From NCBI GenBank assembly GCA_963716395.1, contig OY970309.1, forward strand, positions 864,001 through 928,000: 64,000 nt of DNA, in the 5' to 3' direction. Below are positions 49,985-58,902 of this stretch, piece after piece. The stretch comes from an uncultured Fibrobacteria bacterium. GTDB taxonomy: Bacteria > Fibrobacterota > Fibrobacteria > UBA11236. Each line of letters begins with the position of its first letter. Within the stretch, counting starts at the first letter, position 1. The translations under genes and the position numbers were made by a program. The notes beneath the pieces are model-generated. The model was not told the DNA's origin. It was given only the letters and a program-made list of their open reading frames with translations, and did no database searches.

Positions 49985-50820
49985 GGTTTCGGTTTTGCCA
50001 GCTTTCGGGTTTTTGATCCCGGCAAATAGTTCTGTCCAGAAACGACTTTCCGCCCCGTACGGCTTTCCAGAGCTTTGCGGGCCTTACCGGCTACGGAACC
50101 TCCTTCCCTGGCGGCTTTGCGGTTCGGCTCGAAACCCTGAACGTCTCCGGTGCGGGTGATCTCGGTGGTGGCCGCTTCACCAAGCATGCTGAAGATCAAT
50201 TCCAAATCGTTCATATGGTCGCGAAGGTTTTCGCGCTTGAGCCCTTTGATTTGCTTGTATTCGGATGGCGTGACTCCGAAGGCCGCTTTGGAGATTTCGG
50301 CGGTCAGGATGGCGTAATCCTTCTCCTCTTGGATTCCCCGGTTTTTCCACTCTCCTGTCAGCTCTTCCCGAATGGCGATGGACCGCATGCGCTTTTCGAT
50401 CCAGTCGTCCGGATAGCCCTTGGCCTTGTACAAAGCCCGGGTGCGCTTGGAGGCTAATTCGGGGTCCTCGATTTCCTGAATGCGCTCATATCCCACCTTG
50501 GCCAGCCATTTCTTGAAAGGCTCGGCCTTGGGCGAAGGAATGCTCTGGATGATGCGGAAAACGCCTTCGGTGTTGGCACAATTAAGGTTTTGAAGACCTC
50601 CCGGCGTTTGGACGGAAAGGGGGGTGGCAATTTGCCCCCACCCTTGGTTCAGTTCCGGGTCGCGTCGGCGCATATCCTTGACGTATCCCGCCGGTTTCAC
50701 TGAGTCGGTCAAGGCCGAAACGACGTCAGCAATGACGAACCACCATTCGCCCTTATGCAGGGTTTTGCGGATTTCTTTGCCCCGGAACAGGGCAATGTGG
50801 GTGGGGTCCTCCACGTTCAA
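49981..50820 (-). CDS. Bro-N domain DNA-binding protein inside the cas operon
   Basis: [61 protein letters not shown]; 4-nt overlaps with both neighbours. Confidence 0.88.
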   Translation of the reverse strand: MNVEDPTHIALFRGKEIRKTLHKGEWWFVIADVVSALTDSVKPAGYVKDMRRRDPELNQGWGQIATPLSVQTPGGLQNLNCANTEGVFRIIQSIPSPKAEPFKKWLAKVGYERIQEIEDPELASKRTRALYKAKGYPDDWIEKRMRSIAIREELTGEWKNRGIQEEKDYAILTAEISKAAFGVTPSEYKQIKGLKRENLRDHMNDLELIFSMLGEAATTEITRTGDVQGFEPNRKAAREGGSVAGKARKALESRTGRKVVSGQNYLPGSKTRKLAKPKP

Positions 50821-51965
50821 GCCATCCGCAACAATTTCACGCCGTTTCCGGCATCGGCACTTGATCCGACCGCAGGTAGTGGTTTCCCGTCGAACGTGAC
50901 CTCGTAGTCCTCGAATGCCCTGGCAGGCGGCAATTTGCCACCTTCGCCAGCTACGCCGATTTTCCGCTTGGCCACGACACGCTCGAACAAGGCATGCGCC
51001 GGGGCATTGCCGAGAGCCGTGGCGTGTTCAAATACAAGCAAAGGACGCGTAGACATCAGTCCACGGGCCGCAGATCGGTCATGCTCGAAAGCGTTAACCA
51101 GTGAATCCCAAAAGAGATTCAAGTCCTCTTCGGAAAAGCCGGTTTGATTGGCGAGATGAGCGGAAATGAAACCGTGGGAGCGGTACAATCCATATGGAAC
51201 GGTGAATTTACGGCCCATGGTTCGGTTGTCTCCACCCTGTTTCTCGGCCTCGGCTTCGGTGGCCACGGCCATGCGGGTGATACTGTGTTCCAGGGCCACG
51301 ATGGGATCCACCGAGCGGGCGAAGGTCATCTGGATGGGTCCGCGGACTTGACCACAATTAGGGGCCGATTTGAGAGACATAACAGCGCCAAAGGTCCGGA
51401 TGTCGTAAAAATGAGAACACATCCAATCGCGCCCTTTACCTGTTTCTTCGGCGGTCGGTTTTCGCGCTTTCACGCCTTTTAAAGAATCTTCCAGAAATTT
51501 CTTGAGATCCTTTCCAGGTTTGGTTTCCTTTATCGCCTGCTTAATCGATTTGACATCGGCATCAGCGGCCACGACTAACCAAAGTTTCTCCTCGTCCTCG
51601 TCAAGGCTCAATCCCTCCGGCAAAATGAAATCTTCTATTTCGGTCTTCAGGTTGTCCGGAATGAGTTTTCTGCCTTCTTCTCCCAAAGCAATTCCGAGGT
51701 CGGTGAATGCGGCATTATGGGCTCTCCCCAAAACCGCTTTTTCCTTGACGTAAATGTCGTACCCACTTTTGGGTTTTTGTCCTTCCGTTTGCGTCAGTTG
51801 GACAAAATTGCGGATTTTTCTTTTGAGACATACATCGGTGACAAGCCCCGTGCCAGTTTCAGCGTCGATGCGCGGAAGATTGCCGGCGTCGGGATCGCCG
51901 TTTGGATTGCCGTCCTGAATGTCGAACAGAAAAATGAAGTCGTAGCGCTTGGTGATATTACTCAT
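50817..51965 (-). CDS. cas7: Type I-C Cas7 (Csd2) with a large insertion
   Basis: [54 protein letters not shown]. Confidence 0.96.
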   Translation of the reverse strand: MSNITKRYDFIFLFDIQDGNPNGDPDAGNLPRIDAETGTGLVTDVCLKRKIRNFVQLTQTEGQKPKSGYDIYVKEKAVLGRAHNAAFTDLGIALGEEGRKLIPDNLKTEIEDFILPEGLSLDEDEEKLWLVVAADADVKSIKQAIKETKPGKDLKKFLEDSLKGVKARKPTAEETGKGRDWMCSHFYDIRTFGAVMSLKSAPNCGQVRGPIQMTFARSVDPIVALEHSITRMAVATEAEAEKQGGDNRTMGRKFTVPYGLYRSHGFISAHLANQTGFSEEDLNLFWDSLVNAFEHDRSAARGLMSTRPLLVFEHATALGNAPAHALFERVVAKRKIGVAGEGGKLPPARAFEDYEVTFDGKPLPAVGSSADAGNGVKLLRMA

Positions 51966-51987
51966 AATTTTCTCCTTGAGGTTTTAG

Positions 51988-52353
51988 TTACTCGGATATT
52001 TTGGGCTTGGTGAAAAAGGCCTGGCGTTGGTGGTAATAGCCGACGGCGAAGCGGGCTTGGTCTTCCATGGAAAGGTGGGCCGGCATGTCTGGAGACAAAC
52101 CTCCGAAAATCTCCGTCAGCCGATTTTCGTGGACGGCTCGAAAGGCAGGGTTTTCCAATTTGGCCAAGTGGTGATTCTTCAACTTCAACAATTGTGGAAA
52201 AACACTAATGGGACTGGAACTGGCGGCTCCGTAGAACCGATCGCGGATGGTGGTATTGATGCCGGGTTGCGCGTCTTCTTGGATTTTTTCCAGGGTGGCG
52301 AAAAGCCTTCCAAGACGGTAACCCGAATTAGTATTGGTGAGATCTAGCGACAC
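51988..52353 (-). CDS. cas11: Internally translated Cas11c small subunit (predicted, 121 aa)
   Basis: In-frame AGGAGG-AAATTACC-GTG before SLDLTNTNSGYRLGRLF in the cas8c 3' end. Confidence 0.7.
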   Translation of the reverse strand: MSLDLTNTNSGYRLGRLFATLEKIQEDAQPGINTTIRDRFYGAASSSPISVFPQLLKLKNHHLAKLENPAFRAVHENRLTEIFGGLSPDMPAHLSMEDQARFAVGYYHQRQAFFTKPKISE

Positions 52354-53697
52354 GGTAATTTCCTCCTGAATGGGATTGTTCTGCTGCCGATGTTGGCGGT
52401 TGATGCAAGCTTTTAGAATGGCGGCTTGCGTACGCCGCACGTCCTGCGTGGCACGGATGCGCCGAATTGCCTGCTGCAAAAGAGTCGCAGGATAAGGGGT
52501 TCCCGTCAAAATGGAAAGCATGACGCTACCCGCCAGATTCGGCGGAACGTTCTCAGTTTTGTTCTGGACTGCGATATCCGAGAGCAGGAAAAACAGCGCG
52601 TAATTCCCCTTGTCGTTCTTGGGCTTGACGATTTCCAAATCCTGAAAATGCTGACGGATTCTGCCGGAAAATTCAGCCACGGTGCCGGCATGCCAGAAAC
52701 GCACTGAGACACGGGCGGCATTGGGAGAAAGTCCTAGTACAAAAAAACGGGCTTCGCCATCGGGAATTCCGGTGCCAGTGAATGGGCTACGGAGCAAGGT
52801 CTCCATCGCCTTAATGCCGCGATCCGGGTCATCCTTTGGTGGAGCATTCCAAAGAAAGGAAAAGACTTCCTCAAACGAAGTCTTCTTTTCTGACCAAAAA
52901 ACTGTTGTTGCATCGCCAACTTGGACCTTGTTTTTTGAATCCCTTCCCAGGAGGAGGTTCAGAACCGTGGTGTAGGCAAAGGTTGCCGATTCACTTACGG
53001 GAGCATTATAGTTTTGCTCCTTCCGGAAAGACCTGAATGCCGGGAGGTTGAACGAAATTAGTGCCGCACCCGAAGACTGAGCGTCTCGAACCCCTTTAAT
53101 CGAAGGATGGATACGGGCAGCCGAAGATTTGCATCCTGATATAAGGCAGATTCCCGCACCTTTCGAACCGGGCCTACGGATATGGGTTGAAAGTGATTCA
53201 CAAATAGAAGCATCTCTTGCACCATCGATCCTAAAAAGAACATTTAGATTGGAATCCAAGACCTCCTTCCATCTATCCTCATCCTTTTTGCTTTTCTCAA
53301 TTTGAGCTACGGGGTTTGAAGCGAGAAACCGTAAAAGAATCTCGCGATCAGGGTTTTCGTCGATATCGGAAGACAATCGACGCAGAAAATCAGCATGTCG
53401 CTCCGAAATATCTTGCCTACCACGCGGATTGGCACCAAGGGCATATTCAACGTTGCCCCACAACAGATTCGCTTTAACATTCACGCTTTTTTTTTCCGCC
53501 ACCGGTACAAGGAAGGATTTAGCCCGTCTTTTCCGTCCTTCCCCTTCCCGCGTGTCCTCTAAAGACACAAATTGCCCATCACGATCAATAACGACGACAA
53601 ACGAAATATCCTGCCACTGAAATCCTTCCGGTGCAATCCCACTTTCCGGATCCGCTGCCTTGCGTTGGTAATATTCGTACAACGCCTGCAAAATCAT
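51988..53697 (-). CDS. cas8c: Type I-C Cas8c (Csd1)
   Basis: MILQALYEYY, LISFN, LGLSPNAARVSVRFW, YRLGRLFA, GYYHQ. Confidence 0.95.
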   Translation of the reverse strand: MILQALYEYYQRKAADPESGIAPEGFQWQDISFVVVIDRDGQFVSLEDTREGEGRKRRAKSFLVPVAEKKSVNVKANLLWGNVEYALGANPRGRQDISERHADFLRRLSSDIDENPDREILLRFLASNPVAQIEKSKKDEDRWKEVLDSNLNVLFRIDGARDASICESLSTHIRRPGSKGAGICLISGCKSSAARIHPSIKGVRDAQSSGAALISFNLPAFRSFRKEQNYNAPVSESATFAYTTVLNLLLGRDSKNKVQVGDATTVFWSEKKTSFEEVFSFLWNAPPKDDPDRGIKAMETLLRSPFTGTGIPDGEARFFVLGLSPNAARVSVRFWHAGTVAEFSGRIRQHFQDLEIVKPKNDKGNYALFFLLSDIAVQNKTENVPPNLAGSVMLSILTGTPYPATLLQQAIRRIRATQDVRRTQAAILKACINRQHRQQNNPIQEEITVSLDLTNTNSGYRLGRLFATLEKIQEDAQPGINTTIRDRFYGAASSSPISVFPQLLKLKNHHLAKLENPAFRAVHENRLTEIFGGLSPDMPAHLSMEDQARFAVGYYHQRQAFFTKPKISE

Positions 53698-54449
53698 TTC
53701 CGCACTTCCTCGCTGTCCCAAGGCGGTACTTCGATAATCCCTTGCTCGATTTTCGCCCGGAAAAACGCAGGCTGCGGATCGTTTTCATTCTGGAAATCCA
53801 GATCGAAAAGCATGAAACCCAATTCCCGCGTTTCCGCAATCGGCGGCTTTTCCTTTTGCTCCGAAGCCAATTCGCTTTCGGGAATGAAACGGAATGCGCA
53901 ACTGAACTCACGACAGCCGAGATAGGGCTGGTTGAAGCATTGACCTTTCGCGGCTCGGCGCTCGAACATGGCGTGATACTTCCCGGGATTCTCGTCTTTA
54001 CCGGTTTTGGCCGTTTCGGCGCAATGTGCGGTGAATTCTTTCTCTTCCGGGTCAACCAATGATTCCGGAACCGGATTCAAAACCTTGGGCCGCATGGAAG
54101 GCGGAATGAATTCCATCTCAGCATGTAACCGATAGGCTACGTCGCGTAGGAATAGTCCAGCCCTTTGCTGGCGGGCATCCTCGATGAGAATTTCAGAACC
54201 TGCCCGATCGCTGGCCACGGCGCCCACTTCATTACGCCGCACCGAAATCCAACGAATGGGTTGCAACACTTCGATTTTGCGGACATGCCAACGTATGGCG
54301 GGCTTCCAAAATATGGCGGTGAAAATCGCCCGGGCCGACGAGGGCGTGATCACGTCGTAACTGACGCGTTCCACCTTCATTTCCGGGCGGGTGAAACAGG
54401 CGTAATCGCCTCTTACTTTCAAACAGAACGATTTTCGCGTATGGGTCAA
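53694..54449 (-). CDS. cas5: Type I-C Cas5 (Cas5d)
   Basis: GDYACFTRPEMKVERVSYDVITPS, RRNEV, QPYLGCREF; TTG start after AAGGAGG. Confidence 0.95.
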   Translation of the reverse strand: MTHTRKSFCLKVRGDYACFTRPEMKVERVSYDVITPSSARAIFTAIFWKPAIRWHVRKIEVLQPIRWISVRRNEVGAVASDRAGSEILIEDARQQRAGLFLRDVAYRLHAEMEFIPPSMRPKVLNPVPESLVDPEEKEFTAHCAETAKTGKDENPGKYHAMFERRAAKGQCFNQPYLGCREFSCAFRFIPESELASEQKEKPPIAETRELGFMLFDLDFQNENDPQPAFFRAKIEQGIIEVPPWDSEEVRK

Positions 54450-54535
54450 GAAACCTCCTTGGGGAGCGGATTTCACGGGTACACCGTGCCCTCCCGGCGT
54501 TGTGCCACGCTGATGCAAAGGGTATTATTGAAAAC

Positions 54536-54787
54536 ATGACGACTCTTTCGGTGCAGGTTCCTGAGGACATCTTTTCGGCGTTGCGGCTTTCTCCCGAGGA
54601 AATCGCGCGGGAATTGCCTTTGGCCGCGGCCATATTGTGGTATTCCAAAGGCTTGATATCCCAGGAAAAAGCGGCACACATCGCGGGCCTGAGTCGCGCG
54701 ATCTTCCTGAACGAACTGGCCAAGGCTCAAATCCCCGTTTTCCATGTGGATTTGGATGAAGTTCGCCGGGAAGCCCTGAGTGGTTGA
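54536..54787 (+). CDS. UPF0175 family putative antitoxin
   Basis: 83 aa; AAILWYSKGLISQEKAAHIAGLSRAIFL; overlaps the downstream PIN gene. Confidence 0.85.
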   Translation: MTTLSVQVPEDIFSALRLSPEEIARELPLAAAILWYSKGLISQEKAAHIAGLSRAIFLNELAKAQIPVFHVDLDEVRREALSG

Positions 54788-55271
54788 GTCTGTCGTCAAC
54801 GCTTCTCCCGTAATCCATCTCGGGGAAGCGGGGTATCTTTTCGTATTACGTGATTTGTTCGGCACCATCCTTATTCCAAGGCCGGTCGTCGATGAAATCC
54901 TCGCGAAGCCCGAATCGAAGGACCGTATTTCAAATACTCCATGGATTCGGGTGCTATCGGTGGATCCGCCTGCAGCATCCTTGACCGCATGGGATTTGGG
55001 ACCGGGCGAAACTTCGGTGCTGACGTATGCCTTGGCCCATCCGGGAACCGAAGCCGTATTGGACGATTGGGCTGCCCGCCGTTGCGCCAAAAGTCTTGGA
55101 GTTCCGGTATGCGGAACCCTGGGTGTCATCCTGCGCGCCGCGCGCAAGGGGATTCTCTCCGACCCGGTTTCCGTACTCCACAAAGTGCGGAATGCCGGCA
55201 TGTGGCTTTCACAGGATGTCTTCGAGGAGGTGCTCGGCTTGGCTCGGGAAATGTCGAAATTCAGCAAATGA
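54780..55271 (+). CDS. DUF3368 PIN-domain putative toxin
   Basis: VVNASPVIHL, IPRPVVDEI, LGPGETSVL, LDDWAARRCA, GTLGVIL, GMWLS. Confidence 0.88.
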   Translation: MVESVVNASPVIHLGEAGYLFVLRDLFGTILIPRPVVDEILAKPESKDRISNTPWIRVLSVDPPAASLTAWDLGPGETSVLTYALAHPGTEAVLDDWAARRCAKSLGVPVCGTLGVILRAARKGILSDPVSVLHKVRNAGMWLSQDVFEEVLGLAREMSKFSK

Positions 55272-57555
55272 AATCCTCCGGACCATCCAAGCGCAAACCG
55301 AAGGTTTCATCATACAGATTATCCACGCATTGAGCCCATAGACCCATCGCGCCCTCGGGTCCTTTCAGTTCCGCAATACTTCCTTGGTCTCGGAGTTTTT
55401 GCCATACGCGCTCAGGGACGTTAACTAGGCACCGTTGCAGCCTACGCATGCGCTCGCGAGAAGGGCCGGCATAACGCAACTCCTCCAGGATTTTTCGGCT
55501 GGAGTACCGATCCGAATCAGATTGCCACTCATACCACACCACGACACTTCGGTATCCTTGTTCATCAATGAGCCTGTACCATTGCGCCGCTGAGCGAAAT
55601 TGAAATCGGCATTCGCCTTCACCTGCATCTTCAAAACCGTAACTTTTGAAATCTTTGCGACCGAAATCATTTACTGCCCGGTAGAAGCATTGGAAATATT
55701 TCCGGAACGCGTCGGGGGAAAGTAGGCCGGATCGATCCGGCCAAGTCCGTATCACCTCGGAACCGGCCTGTTCCATTTTGAGCAAAAGACCGGATGGAGA
55801 GGGTTTCGGCGGATTGAAAATCACCACTTCGCCCAACCTCTCCTTCAGCTTTCCTTCCCGGTTGCATCGTCCGGCCGCCTGGGCGATACTATCCAGCCCA
55901 GCCATGGCCCGGAATACCACGGGAAAATCAATGTCCACCCCCGCTTCCACGAGTTGCGTGCTGATCACACACAGTGGCCTGTCTTGGGATAAATCCTCCT
56001 TGATGCGCCGAATCACTTTGGAGCGATGCTCCCCGCACATCAGGGCCGAAAGATGAACTGGTGTTTCCGCCGATACCTGCCTGACCGCTTCCCAAAGCTC
56101 GCGGCAATCCTGCCGGCGATTGACGATGCAAAGAACTTGCCGATGTCCCGAAAGCTCACCGGCCAAACTCGGCCAATCAATTTTTTCCGGCCCTTGAAAC
56201 CGCAATTGGACCCGCTTCAGGGATACGGCCAGCTCGGCCGGGCTTGTGACGATTTCCCTGACTGAGTCGCAATCGAGCCCCTGGAACCGGGCTTTTTGCG
56301 AGCCGATTTCTCCGAGCAGGGCGGGCTGGGTGGCGGTACATAACACCACGGTACACCCGAAATGCTTGACCAATCCTTTGAGCACCGACAAGGTAGGTGC
56401 CAAAAATTCGGACGGTAACATCTGGGCTTCGTCCAGGATAATGACGGAATCCACGATATTATGAAGTTTGCGGCACCGGCTGGTGCGCGAGGCGAAGAGC
56501 GACTCGAAAAACTGTACGTTGGTGGTGACCACAACCGGCGCATCCCAATTCTCGGCCGCGAGACGGCCCCCCACGGTTTCCCGATCCAAATCCACATTAC
56601 TGTGATGCTCCAGGACGTTCTCCGACCCTAAGACCTCGGAAAAAATCTGGGCCGCTTGCTCGATGATGCTGGTAAAGGGTATAGCCATAATGACACGGCG
56701 TTTGCCGTATCTCAGAGCATGTTCGAGCGCGAAGGCCAGGGAAGAAAGGGTTTTGCCGCCGCCGGTTGGAACGGTAAGGGAAAAGAAGCCGGGTTCGAGA
56801 TCCGCCGCCTTGCGGCAATCCGCCAACACTTCCCGTCTGATTTTGTTGACCAGAAGTTCGAAATTCCCTTTGGCCTTCAATTCGGCATCTCTTTCATCTG
56901 TTTTGGATCGGAAAAGGACGTGCAATTCCTTCAAGGTGGAAGTAGGACCGCGTTTCTCGGCCTTCTCCGGATCCATAAAGGCTTCGGTGTCCAGAAAATC
57001 CGCGTCCACCAGACTGGAGAAAAGCATGCGTATCCACAGATGAATTTGCTCAGGATCCTGAGGCGGCTTGGATGCCGGTAAAGCGGCTTCCAAAATTTCT
57101 TTGGGAATATCCGCCTTTCGGGTTTCTTCAAGATGGCGGGTTTCATTCAGACGTTCTTCTAATCCCCAGCCTTCCGCCTTGTCTTTGAACCAATCGGGCA
57201 GTCCCGAATGATGGCCCGCAATCAGGTAGGCTAGAACTCTTCCTATGCCTTTTTGTTTTTGTACGGCGTGAATGGCTCCGGCAGTACTGTGATCCACCTT
57301 GCCGGGAACATTTTCCAGGTGGGCATCTATCCGATACCCTGTTGCCGAGCGGATATAACTCTGAAAATCCGCCTTATACTTTCCCAAGTCATGCCAAAGT
57401 CCGGCCAAATAGCCCCAGTCGTGGGAAGAGAAATTTTGTGCCGCCTCCCCGGAGCGCCTTCCGACCTCTTGCAAATGCCCTTCCAGGGTATGTTCAATCC
57501 ATTTGTCGGTGGCAGAGTCTTTCCGCACATGCGCGATATAGCGTTGCATCGACAT
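55261..57555 (-). CDS. cas3: Cas3 HD nuclease-helicase
   Basis: HDLGK, DHS, GHHSGL, DADFLDT, VPTGGGKT, DEAQ, TATQP, QAAGRCNREG. Confidence 0.97.
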   Translation of the reverse strand: MSMQRYIAHVRKDSATDKWIEHTLEGHLQEVGRRSGEAAQNFSSHDWGYLAGLWHDLGKYKADFQSYIRSATGYRIDAHLENVPGKVDHSTAGAIHAVQKQKGIGRVLAYLIAGHHSGLPDWFKDKAEGWGLEERLNETRHLEETRKADIPKEILEAALPASKPPQDPEQIHLWIRMLFSSLVDADFLDTEAFMDPEKAEKRGPTSTLKELHVLFRSKTDERDAELKAKGNFELLVNKIRREVLADCRKAADLEPGFFSLTVPTGGGKTLSSLAFALEHALRYGKRRVIMAIPFTSIIEQAAQIFSEVLGSENVLEHHSNVDLDRETVGGRLAAENWDAPVVVTTNVQFFESLFASRTSRCRKLHNIVDSVIILDEAQMLPSEFLAPTLSVLKGLVKHFGCTVVLCTATQPALLGEIGSQKARFQGLDCDSVREIVTSPAELAVSLKRVQLRFQGPEKIDWPSLAGELSGHRQVLCIVNRRQDCRELWEAVRQVSAETPVHLSALMCGEHRSKVIRRIKEDLSQDRPLCVISTQLVEAGVDIDFPVVFRAMAGLDSIAQAAGRCNREGKLKERLGEVVIFNPPKPSPSGLLLKMEQAGSEVIRTWPDRSGLLSPDAFRKYFQCFYRAVNDFGRKDFKSYGFEDAGEGECRFQFRSAAQWYRLIDEQGYRSVVVWYEWQSDSDRYSSRKILEELRYAGPSRERMRRLQRCLVNVPERVWQKLRDQGSIAELKGPEGAMGLWAQCVDNLYDETFGLRLDGPEDFIC

Positions 57556-57633
57556 CCTTTACTTCGTCCGCTGTCAAGAATAGTCGGGACCGACGCGAGC
57601 AGCGCGCGCCGGTCGCTTCTGCGTCTAATTTTC

Positions 57634-57712
57634 GTCTCAGCGAATGAGACCGGCGTTACCTACTGCACAAATGAACCGTTGCATGGCTGCTTCCAGTTTC
57701 AGAAACTGAGAC
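57634..57712. promoter_or_regulatory. Two candidate WYL-regulator operators
   Basis: GTCTCA-GCGAA-TGAGAC (57634-57650) and GTTTCA-GAAAC-TGAGAC (57696-57712) in the divergent cas3/WYL gap. Confidence 0.6.
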
Positions 57713-57722
57713 GGAATATTCC

Positions 57723-58673
57723 ATGAAATCCATTTCTCACTTGCATAAGATCCATCGGTTGCTTTCGGAATCCCAAAAATCCGGGATCACCCTTCCCACC
57801 TTGCAACGTAAATCCGGACTTTCCCGGCCGACGGTGTACCGCGTCTTGAAGAAGTTGAAGGAATTGGGCGCCCCCTTAACTTCACCACGCCGGGGGTTTT
57901 ACGCGTTCGCCTCTGAAAGTGCCTTCGAACTCCCCGGCTTTGCCTGGCTTTCGGAGGGGGAACTCGGAACCTTGCTTGGCCTCATGGCCTGGCTTGGCCA
58001 GCCGGAATCCGAAGCCCTGGAAGAAATCATCGGCCCCTTCCGCAAACGCGTCGAGACCATGGCCTCCCGGCTGAAAATAGATGGGGAAAAGTTGCAGACC
58101 GCCATCGCTCTCTTGCCCATGCACGCCCGCGTCATTCGTCCCGGCATCCTGCGTCAGACTTGTGAAGGGCTTTTAAGCAACCGGAAATTGCGCATCCGTT
58201 ACGGCGATGAAGACGATTTCCTGGATCGCGAAGTTTCGCCTCAGAAACTTGTACGCTACCGCGATAACTGGTACCTGGATGCGTTTTGTCACGTGCGTCA
58301 GGCACTGCGAATTTTTTCTCTTTCCCGAATCCGGCGATTGGAATTGCTGGCGGAGCCGGCCGAATCGGTGCCCCGGGCGGAGCGTGACGCTTTTTTCGCC
58401 ACCTCCTACGGTATCTTCAGCGGTACGTCTCAACATACGGCCATCTTGCGGTTTACTGGTTACGCCGCCCAAGAGACAGAAGCTGAAACCTGGCACCCTC
58501 TGGAGCAAAAATCCCGCGATCAAGACGCTCTGGTGCTTCGATTTCCCTATGGAGATTCCCGCGAATTGGTACGGGATATTTTGCGCTGGGGCCCAGAGGT
58601 CGAGGTGCTTGGTCCCGTGAAATTAAGGGATCAGGTGGCGGAAATGGCGCGGCAAACGGCCTCGCAATATTAA
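57723..58673 (+). CDS. HTH-WYL-WCX transcriptional regulator
   Basis: N-terminal HTH LSRPTVYRVLKKL; REVSPQKLVRYRDNWYLDAFCHVRQALRIFSLSRI; ILRWGPEVEVLGP. Confidence 0.93.
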   Translation: MKSISHLHKIHRLLSESQKSGITLPTLQRKSGLSRPTVYRVLKKLKELGAPLTSPRRGFYAFASESAFELPGFAWLSEGELGTLLGLMAWLGQPESEALEEIIGPFRKRVETMASRLKIDGEKLQTAIALLPMHARVIRPGILRQTCEGLLSNRKLRIRYGDEDDFLDREVSPQKLVRYRDNWYLDAFCHVRQALRIFSLSRIRRLELLAEPAESVPRAERDAFFATSYGIFSGTSQHTAILRFTGYAAQETEAETWHPLEQKSRDQDALVLRFPYGDSRELVRDILRWGPEVEVLGPVKLRDQVAEMARQTASQY

Positions 58674-58771
58674 GGTCCGGACAGCAGGAATTTTCCTGAA
58701 ATGGCCGAGGCGATGTACCGAACATATCGAGGTGACCCTGTTCGAGTCCGGTTTTTCGAATCGCACCGCTT

Positions 58772-58814
58772 CCCCGAGCGACTTGTGGTGAGCGTGTCGA
58801 ACCCAGTCGAGGGG
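58772..58814. repeat. Nested REP-like short element
   Basis: CCCCGAGCG-ACTT-GTGGTGAGCGTGTCGAACC-CAGTCGAGGGG: a GAGC...GTCGA unit inserted in a second one. Family resemblance is from memory; single copy in this window. Confidence 0.45.
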
Positions 58815-58902
58815 TGGCGCGCTGACTCCGGACGAATTCCGCAGGCCAGGGAAGGAAAATTCTTGCCGGCCCCGAACTCGATTCCAATTGAGCGGAGCTT
58901 CG

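Noticed and set aside
54454-54476. CTCCTTGGGGAGCGGATTTCAC as a degenerate repeat (creA-like mini-array) before cas5
   Set aside because: Only loose similarity to I-C repeats, opposite orientation to the array, no second copy, and partly explained by the cas5 RBS.
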